DNA from: Deltaproteobacteria bacterium
GTDB taxonomy: Bacteria; Myxococcota_A; Polyangia; Polyangiales; Houyiibacteriaceae
NCBI GenBank assembly: GCA_034670305.1
Contig: JAXMNT010000025.1
Coordinates: 43,593 to 107,592, forward strand
Reading direction: 5' to 3'
DNA: 64,000 nt
Part shown: positions 21,570-30,663 of the stretch, piece by piece
How positions within the stretch are numbered: position 1 is the stretch's first letter
Layout of the letters: each line of letters opens with the position of its first letter
Program-made: the position numbers and the translations under genes
The notes under the pieces: generated by a model
Databases searched by the model: none
The model's input: the letters and a program-made list of their open reading frames with translations, nothing else
What the model was told of the DNA's origin: nothing

Positions 21570-21580
21570 GGGCCTGCGGC

Positions 21581-21917
<337 letters not shown>

Positions 21918-21931
21918 CTGCCTCCAGCGGT

Positions 21932-22044
21932 GCGCCCCTTCTCGCGGAGGTTGGTGCTGGCCCGATGGATGATCCAGCGTAGCGGTCGGCGGGGCGGCGC
22001 CTCAAAGGAGGTCTTCGTGGCCGCTCCGCCGACGCCGCTCCGCT
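21932..22044. other. Conserved structured non-coding motif (copy 1; homolog at 34094)
   Basis: Shares blocks GCGCCCCTTCTCG, GAGGTTGG, GCCCG, CGTAGCGGTC, GGGCGGCGCC, AAAGGAGG, CTTCG in the same order with 34094-34200; GTCGGCGGGGCGGC can pair with GCCGCTCCGCCGAC. Confidence 0.75.
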
Positions 22045-22077
22045 GACGCCGAAGGCCGCGGCCCGTGCCGTTTGTGG

Positions 22078-23073
22078 TCAGGCGCGGACGGCGTCGGGGG
22101 CGTGGGTCAACGCGTCTGCGTATCGGCGCACGATGGTTTCTACGGACTCGATCTCTCGAACCCCGCTCACGCTCTGGCCGGCCTGGAAGTAGTCGCGGTA
22201 GCTGCCGCCTTTGGTCGAGGCCTGCTTGAGCTGCCAGATGCTCTTCGCGGTGTAGAACATGCGGGCGTAGTGCTTGAGCTTCGGGTGGCGGAGCATTCGT
22301 TTCATCACGAAGCCCGCTTTGGTGCCGACCTTCTTCACGTACTCGGTCTCGATCACCGCGACGGGCACGCCGGAGATCTTGTCGGTCAGCACGATGTCGT
22401 GCGCCTGCGCTTTGAGGATGGCGCGTTTGTAGTCGTCGTGCGCGTGGCACTCCTCGGTGGCGATGAACCGGGTGCCCATCTGCACTGCCGCGTAGCCGAG
22501 TCCGAGCATGCGCGCGAAGGTCTGTTCGTCGCCCACGCCGCCGGCGCACACGAGCGGCACGCCGAGGTCGCCGAGCTCTTCGATGAGCCGCTCCGGCGCT
22601 TGTTCGCCAGCGTGGCCGCCGGCCTGGCGGTTCACGCAGATGAGTCCGTCCACCCCCGCGTCGAGCGCCTTCTGGGCCCACTTGCGCTCGGTCACGTCGT
22701 GGTAGACGACGCCGCCCACCGAGTGCACCAGTTCCACCACCCAGTCCGGGTTGCCGAGCGCGGTGACGAAGAAACGCACGCCCTCGTCGAGCGCGATGTC
22801 CACCCAGCGCTTCATGCGGTCCAAGTACACCTGCGAGCTCTTCTCGACGATGGCGTTGAACCCGATCGGCTTGTCGGTGGTGCGGCGGATGAGCCGGATG
22901 CCTTCCCGCAGCTCGTGTTTGTGCACGAACGACATCGAGATCGGCTGGATGACCCCCATGCCGCCGGCTTTCGCGACCGCGGCGATGAGCTCGGGGTTGG
23001 AGCAGGGGTACATCGCGCCACAGATGAGCGGGACGTCGACGCCGGTGTGTTTCAGAAACGCGTTCTCGGACAT
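22078..23073 (-). CDS. Nitronate monooxygenase / FabK-like flavoprotein
   Basis: PLICGAM, ELIAAVAKAGGMG, QAGGHAG, VCAGGVGD, AVQMGTRFIATEEC. Confidence 0.9.
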   Translation of the reverse strand: MSENAFLKHTGVDVPLICGAMYPCSNPELIAAVAKAGGMGVIQPISMSFVHKHELREGIRLIRRTTDKPIGFNAIVEKSSQVYLDRMKRWVDIALDEGVRFFVTALGNPDWVVELVHSVGGVVYHDVTERKWAQKALDAGVDGLICVNRQAGGHAGEQAPERLIEELGDLGVPLVCAGGVGDEQTFARMLGLGYAAVQMGTRFIATEECHAHDDYKRAILKAQAHDIVLTDKISGVPVAVIETEYVKKVGTKAGFVMKRMLRHPKLKHYARMFYTAKSIWQLKQASTKGGSYRDYFQAGQSVSGVREIESVETIVRRYADALTHAPDAVRA

Positions 23074-23180
23074 GCGGCGGCATAGCAGGCCACATCCCGG
23101 CGCGCGACGCGCATCCGCGGCCAAGGAGGGGTGTGCCGTAGGGCGGCCGACTCGTGCACTTCCTGTTGAAGCCCGCGCCG

Positions 23181-23762
23181 TCAGCCGCGCTGCCGGTCCA
23201 AGCCGTCGACCCGCCGGTAGGGGACGTGTTTGTAGTACTTGGGCCGGGGGTCGAGCCGCACATGCAGCCAGAACACGCCGAGCCCCGCGGTGCTCAGCCA
23301 CATCGAGCGGGTGCTCAGCCGCTCCTTCACCGCGAGACCCACTGCGCTCCACAAGGCGTCCACTTGGTCGTCCGGTGCACCCCGCAGGAAGGCTGCCAGG
23401 TGCAGGTACACGGGCGGGTCCACCCGAGGGCAGGGCACGACCAGCACCGCGTCGCCCGCCAGGTTGGGGAAGGACACCACGGGTGCCGTCGAGAAGTGCG
23501 TGGAGAACGCATTTGGGTTGGGCGTGCGGCCCTGGAAACTCGGCGCGTCGACGAGCACACACTCGAAGGGCTGGTCGGTCGTATCGAGCCGAACCGGAGG
23601 CGTCTCGAAGAAGAACGCGTCCCATCGGCTCGCTCGGAGCGCCTCCGCGAACTCGGAACGAAAGGAGGCGTCGCCAATCCAGCGGTCGACAACTTCCGCG
23701 TAGGTCGCGTCGAACCGAAGCCGTTCGGTGCGTTCGGAAAGGAGCCCGCGTTCGATCTTCAT
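23181..23762 (-). CDS. Conserved hypothetical protein (resembles family recalled as DUF6940)
   Basis: FFFETPP, FPNLAGDAVLVVP, WLSTAGLGVFWLHVRLDPRPKYY motifs. Confidence 0.7.
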   Translation of the reverse strand: MKIERGLLSERTERLRFDATYAEVVDRWIGDASFRSEFAEALRASRWDAFFFETPPVRLDTTDQPFECVLVDAPSFQGRTPNPNAFSTHFSTAPVVSFPNLAGDAVLVVPCPRVDPPVYLHLAAFLRGAPDDQVDALWSAVGLAVKERLSTRSMWLSTAGLGVFWLHVRLDPRPKYYKHVPYRRVDGLDRQRG

Positions 23763-23772
23763 CGCTTCGACG

Positions 23773-24327
23773 TCAGTAGCGGGCGACGTGCGAGATGGGG
23801 GCGGGAGACTGGAGCAGGAAGAAGCTCGGCGTCGTGCGCGACGTGAAGCCGAGGTCGAGGTAGCTCCACCCGAAGAGCAGCGACGCGTCGCCCTCATGAA
23901 CGGAGACCAGTGGATCCCGCAGCCGCGACAGATGCGGCGGGTTCGGGCGGGCGCCGTAGTCCAGCATCAGCGCCTGGTCCGCGCGCACCTGACCGCCGCG
24001 CCGCTTCGGAAGCCGGTACGCGTCCATCGGGAAGACGCCGTAGGGACCGAAGGTGAAAGGCGCGCCCTTCTTCTCCATCGGCCGGTCTGGCTGTTCGAGT
24101 CCGTTTTGCCGCAGGCGGGTGTTCCAACCCATCAGGGCGCCGGTTTCGTCGCGGTGAAACGACTTGCGGAACTTTTTCCAGCTCAGTCGCTCCACCCACC
24201 CGGGCACGCCCAGACTCACGCCTCGGTACTCGTGCTCGGCGATCGCGTCCGGCGACACGCGGTGGCCTTCCGCGAGCAAGCGGTACAGGCCATCGGTCGT
24301 GAGGGCGTAGACGTCTTCGGGAGTCAT
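23773..24327 (-). CDS. Hypothetical protein
   Basis: Co-oriented in the minus-strand run; WKKFRKSF, GWNTRL, LDYG...N...LRDPLV motifs; no function assigned. Confidence 0.65.
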   Translation of the reverse strand: MTPEDVYALTTDGLYRLLAEGHRVSPDAIAEHEYRGVSLGVPGWVERLSWKKFRKSFHRDETGALMGWNTRLRQNGLEQPDRPMEKKGAPFTFGPYGVFPMDAYRLPKRRGGQVRADQALMLDYGARPNPPHLSRLRDPLVSVHEGDASLLFGWSYLDLGFTSRTTPSFFLLQSPAPISHVARY

Positions 24328-24348
24328 GCGCTGGATCTCAGAAACAGC

Positions 24349-25668
24349 TCAGATGAAGAGCGTGTCGCAGCCGAACTGCACCGCGACGCCGGCCGAGCCA
24401 GTGTCGCGAAGGACCTCTTGGGCCATCTCGCAGCTGGCTGGGCACAGGATGACCGTCGTCGGCTCGTCGTCGTTGTCGTAGTACCAGCCGCCGAAGGTGC
24501 CGCAGGCGGCTGCGTTCTCGACCTTGCGGAACGCGGTCGCGTCGCCTTCGGTCTGCAGCAGCACGTTGACCTTGTCCGCGTCGATCATCATGCCGTCGGG
24601 CGGGGTCGGGATCGGCACTTCGCAGTTGATGCGCGCGGTGTCTTCGACCCGGCTCGCGACGGCATCGAAGAAGGTGTCCCACGCGCTCGAGCTGGCCTGG
24701 TCACAGACCTGGGCGCGCACGCCGCCGGTGCGTTCGACGAGCGCGGTGTACGTCCAGCCCGGGTTCTCCGGGGTCGAGTCGTCCGGGTAGGTGCAGGTCA
24801 CATCCGGGTTGGATTCGGAGCCCCAGCCGTAGATCCCGTTGAACGTGTAGCCTTCGAAGAGCGTGCCGTAGGTGTCGGTGAGGATGCCCGGTCCGAGCAC
24901 GTTGCCGTTGAACGGGTTGCCGCCGCCCGGGAAGTCCTCGAGGGAGATCTCGGTCAAGCGCGGGTCGCTCGGCTGGCACATGCTGCCGCAGCCCTCGGTC
25001 GTGCAGGGGCGGGTGCAGGTGCGTGAGTTGTCGTCGCTCGCGATGACGATCGTCTTCGTCGAGTCGGCGCGAAGTTGGTCCAGCCACGGCACCGAGCCGC
25101 GGGCTTCGCCTTCGCGGTAGCCCTCGGTCTGTCCGAGCGTGCCGAGGAACGTCTCGACCAGCTGCGTGGATCGAATGTCGACGCTCGCATGGAAGAAACG
25201 GTCGTTGTTGCCGCAGCTGCCGTCACCGGCCAGGGGGGGCGGAATGCAGACGGGGAACCGGTCGCCGCCGCCGTCGGTGCCGCGGAGGGAGAGCATGATG
25301 ACGCGGTAGTCGAGTCCACTGTCGCCGATGCGGGCGGCGAAGTCGTTCAAGCCAGCGGTCACTTCGCGGACCGCGGGCTCCATGCTGGTCGAGTTGTCGA
25401 CCATCCAGATGATGTCGACCGGCCGGCGGGAGACTTCCGCTTCCGAAGTCGCGGTCGCGCACGCGGCGTCCGGATCGAAGGGGCTGTCGGGGATCATCAC
25501 GTCCCGCCCGGGTGCGTCGACCGCGCCATCGGCGCCGCCTCCGTCTCGGGACGGGCGCCGATCGTCGTCGCCGCACGCGGTGAGCATCGAAGACGCCACG
25601 ATCAGGCCGACCAGCGTGCGGCCAAAACGCGTCGACCACGACGCAAACTTCAGTTCAAGTCCAAGCAC
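24349..25668 (-). CDS. vWA-domain Cys-rich lipoprotein
   Basis: Lipobox LTA-C; VDIIWMVDNSTSM (MIDAS DxSxS), ASDD; C-terminal GWYYD...VILCPASC typical of myxobacterial vWA lipoproteins. Start uncertain. Confidence 0.8.
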   Translation of the reverse strand: MLGLELKFASWSTRFGRTLVGLIVASSMLTACGDDDRRPSRDGGGADGAVDAPGRDVMIPDSPFDPDAACATATSEAEVSRRPVDIIWMVDNSTSMEPAVREVTAGLNDFAARIGDSGLDYRVIMLSLRGTDGGGDRFPVCIPPPLAGDGSCGNNDRFFHASVDIRSTQLVETFLGTLGQTEGYREGEARGSVPWLDQLRADSTKTIVIASDDNSRTCTRPCTTEGCGSMCQPSDPRLTEISLEDFPGGGNPFNGNVLGPGILTDTYGTLFEGYTFNGIYGWGSESNPDVTCTYPDDSTPENPGWTYTALVERTGGVRAQVCDQASSSAWDTFFDAVASRVEDTARINCEVPIPTPPDGMMIDADKVNVLLQTEGDATAFRKVENAAACGTFGGWYYDNDDEPTTVILCPASCEMAQEVLRDTGSAGVAVQFGCDTLFI

Positions 25669-25779
25669 CCTAGGCTCATAGCCAACAATCCCGGCAACGT
25701 CGACGCGACCCCATCGGTTGGCTCAGAAACCCTACAAACTGAGTTTGCCGGCAGTTGCGGCCTCGGGCAGAGTCGCGCG

Positions 25780-26640
25780 GTGCACGTGCTGCAAGATGCG
25801 TCGATTGCTGGCGTCTGGCGGGTGGGCCCAACCGGGTCGGCGCCCGAAGCCTTTCCACGGCCCTGGATCGGGGTGCTCGCGGGTCTGCACGGAGACGAAC
25901 CGTGCGGCGTCGAAGCGCTTGCGGCGTTGCGGGACCGCTTCGCGACGACGGATCTGCTGCGCGGCTCGCTCGTGTTGATCCACGGCAACCTCGCCGCGAA
26001 GGGCACCCGCCACACCGACGGTGGCGTGGACTTGAACCGGGTCTTCGATCTCTCGTTCCGCGAGTCGCTCCCGGAAGCCGAGTGGTGCAGCGAACACCGC
26101 CGCGCACTCGAGCTCGCACCGGTCTTGGACGAGCTCGACGGGGCGCTGGATCTTCACTCGGCGAGCGCGCCGACCGAACCCTTCGCGATCGCGATGCGCG
26201 GCGGGGTGGACGTGGCGCGCGGGCTCGGGCTCGAGTTCGTCACCCACGGCTGGGAAGACTCCAGCGACATCGCCGAAGGCGTCGCGGTCTCGCGGGTGGC
26301 GCGGCGCGGCTTGCCGGCCATGGGTGTGGAGTGCGGCAGCCACGCCGATCCATCCGGGCTCGCGACCGCACTGCGCGTCGTCGATGGGTTCCTCGGAACG
26401 CTCGGACTGCTGCCGCCCGTCTCGACGCCGCATGCGGAACCCAAGGTCCTCGAGATCTTCGCCTCCATCCCGCGACCGGATGCGGACTGGCGCTTCGCAC
26501 AGCCGCTGCTCGGGTTCGCGAAGCTCAGCGAGGGCGACTTGATCGGTCCGGGCGTCGTCGCGCCGAAGGATTGCGTCGCGCTCTTGCCCAACGACCAGGT
26601 CGACGTCGGCAAACCCTGCCTCTACCTCGCGCACCCGTGA
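25780..26640 (+). CDS. Succinylglutamate desuccinylase/aspartoacylase (M14) family
   Basis: GLHGDEPCG, DLNRVF, LDLHS, GVECG. Confidence 0.85.
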   Translation: MHVLQDASIAGVWRVGPTGSAPEAFPRPWIGVLAGLHGDEPCGVEALAALRDRFATTDLLRGSLVLIHGNLAAKGTRHTDGGVDLNRVFDLSFRESLPEAEWCSEHRRALELAPVLDELDGALDLHSASAPTEPFAIAMRGGVDVARGLGLEFVTHGWEDSSDIAEGVAVSRVARRGLPAMGVECGSHADPSGLATALRVVDGFLGTLGLLPPVSTPHAEPKVLEIFASIPRPDADWRFAQPLLGFAKLSEGDLIGPGVVAPKDCVALLPNDQVDVGKPCLYLAHP

Positions 26641-27404
26641 AACTCGAACTCGATCCCATCGGCGTGGTGCGCAGTCCGTTCGCCGAACGACGGGATGCAC
26701 CGAGGCAACCTCGGGTGGCGGCCGACGCCAAGGGCACCATCGAGCTGCGCGCCGACATGGCGGACGCCGTGCTCGACCTCGACGGCTGGCCGTACCTCTG
26801 GGTGCTGTTCTGGTTTCACCTCAACGAGACCTGGCGGCCCCGCGTCACCCCGCCGCGCAGCTCCAAGAAACGTGGCGTGCTCGCCACCCGTTCCCCCTAC
26901 CGGCCGAATCCACTCGGCCTGAGCGTCGTGCGGCTCGAGCGCGTGGAGGGCCGCGTGCTGCACGTCGCCGAACTCGACATGCTCGACGGCACCCCCGTGT
27001 TCGACATCAAACCCTACCTGGCCTGGTCCGACGCGATCCCCGACGCCGGCGGCGGCTGGCTCGACGACGAGGAACACGCGGTGACCGGCGGCCCGCGGCC
27101 CCCCGACCCGAAACGCACGTGGACGGTGACCTTCAGCGACCGGGCGCGCGGGCAGCTCGCATGGCTCGCAGCCCGCGGCGTGGAGCTCGAGTCCGACCTC
27201 GCCGCCGCCCTCTCGCTCGGACCCGAGCCGCACGCCTACCGCCGCATCAAGAAGGACGGCGACGCGATGCGCATCGCGGTCAAAGAATGGCGCGCGCGGT
27301 TTCGCACCGAAGACCGGACCATCGAAGTCTTGGAACTTCAAAGCGGCTTCCGCCGCAAAGAACGCCCGCCGCTGCATCGAGACTTCGACACCGAAGTCGG
27401 CTGA
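26637..27404 (+). CDS. tsaA: tRNA m6t6A37 methyltransferase TrmO/TsaA
   Basis: PIGVVRSPF...APRQP, WVLFWFH, GVLATRSPYRPNPLGLS, LDMLDGTPVFDIKPY; GTGA overlap with the upstream gene. Confidence 0.92.
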   Translation: MKLELDPIGVVRSPFAERRDAPRQPRVAADAKGTIELRADMADAVLDLDGWPYLWVLFWFHLNETWRPRVTPPRSSKKRGVLATRSPYRPNPLGLSVVRLERVEGRVLHVAELDMLDGTPVFDIKPYLAWSDAIPDAGGGWLDDEEHAVTGGPRPPDPKRTWTVTFSDRARGQLAWLAARGVELESDLAAALSLGPEPHAYRRIKKDGDAMRIAVKEWRARFRTEDRTIEVLELQSGFRRKERPPLHRDFDTEVG

Positions 27405-27426
27405 CTACCGTCGATCGCAGGACGGA

Positions 27427-27972
27427 TCAACGAGTGGTCAGGAACGCCGCGACGAGGCCGGCGTGGGAGAGGGGCTTTGTGAGATTGGTGATGTCGGTGT
27501 TCGTCTCGTAGTCGAGGAGCACCACATCACCGCGCACGACGTGTTGGCGCAGCTGATCGAGTTCTTGGGTCAGTTTGTGTTCGAGGACCCACGTGTAGAT
27601 CGGCAGGTAGATCTCGCGGCGTGCCTCCAGGTAGCCAAGCAACCGCTTGCCCTCCAGCCCCTCTCGGTGACCGAGACACCTGCCGTTTTTGCGCACGGTT
27701 CGTTTGAGGCCCTTCATTGCGGTGACGTCGAGCTTCTTCGGATCGACATCCGCGGTCTCGAACACCTTCAGCGCCTGCCAGATGCCTTCCACACTCTGTG
27801 CGGTGCGGCCATCGGTGAACGGGATCGGGATGCCGCCGTGGGGGAAGAACGGGCTGAACCGGACCCAAGGTTCGGCCGCCTTCGACGTGACGTCGATGAT
27901 CGTCGCTTCGGGTAGATCGCGCTCGAGCTTTGGAAGCGAGCTGCGACGACTGCGCACGAGGACTTCACCCAT
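27427..27972 (-). CDS. Conserved hypothetical protein (resembles family recalled as DUF6939)
   Basis: IIDVTSK, FSPFFPHGGIPIP, SVEGIWQALKVF, YLEARREIYLPIY, LLDYETN, PLSHA. Confidence 0.75.
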   Translation of the reverse strand: MGEVLVRSRRSSLPKLERDLPEATIIDVTSKAAEPWVRFSPFFPHGGIPIPFTDGRTAQSVEGIWQALKVFETADVDPKKLDVTAMKGLKRTVRKNGRCLGHREGLEGKRLLGYLEARREIYLPIYTWVLEHKLTQELDQLRQHVVRGDVVLLDYETNTDITNLTKPLSHAGLVAAFLTTR

Positions 27973-28024
27973 CGCGGGACTGTAGCGAGCCCCTGTGACG
28001 CGTAACGCTGCGTCCGTTGTCGGC

Positions 28025-29176
28025 TCAGTCGGCCTCGCGTCTTCGACGGAGCACGAGGCCAAACGCGGCGAGTGCCGTGACGCAGAGCAGGAGCACACCA
28101 CCTTTCCACACCGCGGGGTTCTGGTGGGCTCGGCCGCAGACCGTGTACCAGGCCCGGTCGCCCGTGGGCGTCTCGGTGCAGGCGAAGGTGAAGTCTTCGT
28201 CGAAGTCGTGCGCGCAGAGAAACGCGTGGCGGGTGTGGCCGGTGATGTCGGTGGCTTCGACGTAGCAGGGGCCAGTCGGCTGGTGCAGGCCCGTGCTGAC
28301 GTGGGTGGTCGGATCGAAGAGGAGCGCGATCGAGGCGAGGGTGACGAAGTAGCCGGCGAGCATTCCGCGCAGGAGCGGTGGAGAACCGGCTGCGGTCGCA
28401 CCCACCTCCGGTCGAGCATCTGCCTTCGTCTTGGAGCCGCGCAGCACGAGGATCGCGTAGAGGGCGATGCCGACGCCGAGCGCCGCGTACCCAGGCGCGC
28501 CGCCGTCGAGCTGCTGCAGCGCGGTGATCTGGACCATCATCAGCAGCGTGGTCAGGCCGGCGACTTTGGCGAGGCCGACCCAGAAGGTTCGGCGCTCCGT
28601 GGCCTCTGGATCCTTGCGGAGGCTGGTGTCGAGGAGCCAGTTGAACGCGCCGACGAACGTGAGCACCCAGAGCGTGCTGCTGCACGGCGCCCCGAGGATG
28701 CGGGTGGCGATGGGCAGGTCGGTGTCGTGCCACGTCCACCAGAGAAACTTGGCGCCGACGATGTCGTACGGCGCGTAGAAGAGCAGGGCGAGCAAGCCGC
28801 CGAGCGCGGCGGTGGGCCATCGACCGAGCCCGAGGCTGCGGGCGGCGACGGTCGGGTAGTACATGAAACAGACGTAGACGCACGGGATGTAGAGCGGCAT
28901 GCGCGGCGTCAGCATCACGGTGGCCTGGGCCTGCCAGAAGTTGTCGACGAGCGGCAGCGCCATGAAGATGAAGTCATTGGCGGTGCCCGCAATGAGCGCG
29001 GCCCACCAGACCAACAAGTGGCTGCGGCCGCGGCTGCGCGCGTGCACGAACGCCGCCACCGCGCAGGCCACGAACAGGAGCTCGCCGATCATGAAACTCG
29101 GCAGCACGGACCACTGCTCGACCGGGTTCGCGAAGTGCTCGAACCGACTCCACCAGCCGTTGGCGTACGGGTCCAT
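28025..29176 (-). CDS. Multi-pass membrane protein of unknown function
   Basis: Several TM segments; DNFWQAQ, RMPLY, YDIVGAKFLWWTWHD motifs; start overlaps the desaturase stop. Confidence 0.75.
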   Translation of the reverse strand: MDPYANGWWSRFEHFANPVEQWSVLPSFMIGELLFVACAVAAFVHARSRGRSHLLVWWAALIAGTANDFIFMALPLVDNFWQAQATVMLTPRMPLYIPCVYVCFMYYPTVAARSLGLGRWPTAALGGLLALLFYAPYDIVGAKFLWWTWHDTDLPIATRILGAPCSSTLWVLTFVGAFNWLLDTSLRKDPEATERRTFWVGLAKVAGLTTLLMMVQITALQQLDGGAPGYAALGVGIALYAILVLRGSKTKADARPEVGATAAGSPPLLRGMLAGYFVTLASIALLFDPTTHVSTGLHQPTGPCYVEATDITGHTRHAFLCAHDFDEDFTFACTETPTGDRAWYTVCGRAHQNPAVWKGGVLLLCVTALAAFGLVLRRRREAD

Positions 29177-29994
29177 CAGTACGTCACGAAGGGCGGAAGC
29201 TCGGCCACCGTCTCATCTGCCTCATGGGCCGACACGCCGCGGCCGCCGAAGACGTCTTGGCCGTAGGTGCGCCGCACCCGGCGCAACGTGCCGTGCAGCC
29301 GGTCCCACAGCATCAGATGCTGACCGAAGTTGACGTGGAAGTGCACGTGGTGGTCGTCGTGGTAGCGGGGCGGCGCTTGCCAGGGAAGGCGCGAACGCAG
29401 GTCCACGCCGGAGTGGTCGATGATGTTGAAGACGAGGGTGTACACGAGGACGCCGGAGATCACGCCGACGTGCATCGGCACGTAGAAGATGGTCGAGATG
29501 GAGGCCGCCTGAAGCGCGAGCAACTCGACCGGATGCAGCGCGAGCGCAGCGTAGGGGGTGGGGGCAATGAACTTGTGGTGGAAGCGGTGCACCCGTTTGT
29601 AGATCCACCGGATGTGAAGCGCGCGGTGCACGTAGTACGCGAGCAGATCGATCAGCAGCCACACCCCGACGATCGACGCGAAGAAGTATGGGAGCCCGTA
29701 CTCGTCGACGTCTGTGTAGAGCAGGGTGGGCAACCCGTGTTCGAGGATCGCGTAGACGAGGACGCCGGAAAGCGCGCCGCCGAGGGTCAGGTTCAGCGTG
29801 CCGGAACGGGCGGCCGCTCGGGCGTGTTTGTCCGAGAGGAACCGCTTCGGCTGGATCTTCCAGGCAGCGGCTTCGTCCCGGCGGCGGCGGTAGTAGCGGA
29901 GGTGATAGAAGCCAGCCACCCCGTGGTAGATCAGCAAACCGCTGAACACGGCGCCCACCACACAGAGCCCTAGTTTCAGCCAATCGATCCCCAT
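29176..29994 (-). CDS. Sterol desaturase / fatty-acid hydroxylase superfamily protein
   Basis: His boxes YYVHRALH, VHRFHH, IIDH, YHDDHH followed by NFG...WDRLHGT. Confidence 0.9.
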   Translation of the reverse strand: MGIDWLKLGLCVVGAVFSGLLIYHGVAGFYHLRYYRRRRDEAAAWKIQPKRFLSDKHARAAARSGTLNLTLGGALSGVLVYAILEHGLPTLLYTDVDEYGLPYFFASIVGVWLLIDLLAYYVHRALHIRWIYKRVHRFHHKFIAPTPYAALALHPVELLALQAASISTIFYVPMHVGVISGVLVYTLVFNIIDHSGVDLRSRLPWQAPPRYHDDHHVHFHVNFGQHLMLWDRLHGTLRRVRRTYGQDVFGGRGVSAHEADETVAELPPFVTY

Positions 29995-30011
29995 TCCCCC
30001 TGTCTACTCGG

Positions 30012-30039
30012 ATCATACACATTACACAATGTGTATGAT
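30012..30039. promoter_or_regulatory. Perfect inverted repeat, probable TetR operator
   Basis: ATCATACACATT-ACAC-AATGTGTATGAT (12-bp arms) in the 70-bp gap between the divergent desaturase and tetR starts. Confidence 0.8.
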
Positions 30040-30064
30040 GTGTTGCCAGGGCCACGAGACCTGC

Positions 30065-30652
30065 ATGCCCAAACGCAAAGCCTGGAACGGATCCCCACCC
30101 TCGACGCCGGCCGAAGCCCGTCGGGTGTTGCTGGAAGCGGCGCGGGACTGCCTCGAGCGCCTTGGTCCGACCAAAGCGAACCTCTCGGACGTGGCCCAAA
30201 CGGCGGGGGTGACCCGTCAGACGGTCTACCGGTACTTCGAGGACGCCGACGACCTCTTCCACTCGGCCGCGGTCCTCGCGACGGGGGGCTTGCGGGAACG
30301 CATGCGGGCCCAGGCCCTCCGCCAGCCGACGCCAGCCACCCGCATCGTGGAGTGTCTGGTCTTTTGCGCGCGCGAGGTTCCGGCCGACCCGCACCTCGCG
30401 ATGCTCGGCGGCGCGAGCGACCGGCTCTCCGTCTCCACCGCGCTTCGGCTCTCGCTCGTTCAGGAAGAGATGACGTCGCTCAGTGGTGGCCAGCTCGGAC
30501 TGACCGATGTGGAACGCGACGAGCTCGCCGAGCTCCTGCTCCGGCTGATGCACTCGCTGTTGACCGAACCGGGCGAACCACGCAGCGAAGTCGAACTGCG
30601 CGCGTTTCTCACCAGCTGGCTCGTACCGATGATCGAAGCCCGCATGGGCTAG
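30065..30652 (+). CDS. TetR/AcrR family regulator
   Basis: LLEAARDCL...NLSDVAQTAGVTRQTVYRYF HTH. Confidence 0.92.
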   Translation: MPKRKAWNGSPPSTPAEARRVLLEAARDCLERLGPTKANLSDVAQTAGVTRQTVYRYFEDADDLFHSAAVLATGGLRERMRAQALRQPTPATRIVECLVFCAREVPADPHLAMLGGASDRLSVSTALRLSLVQEEMTSLSGGQLGLTDVERDELAELLLRLMHSLLTEPGEPRSEVELRAFLTSWLVPMIEARMG

Positions 30653-30663
30653 ACTCTCCCCCG

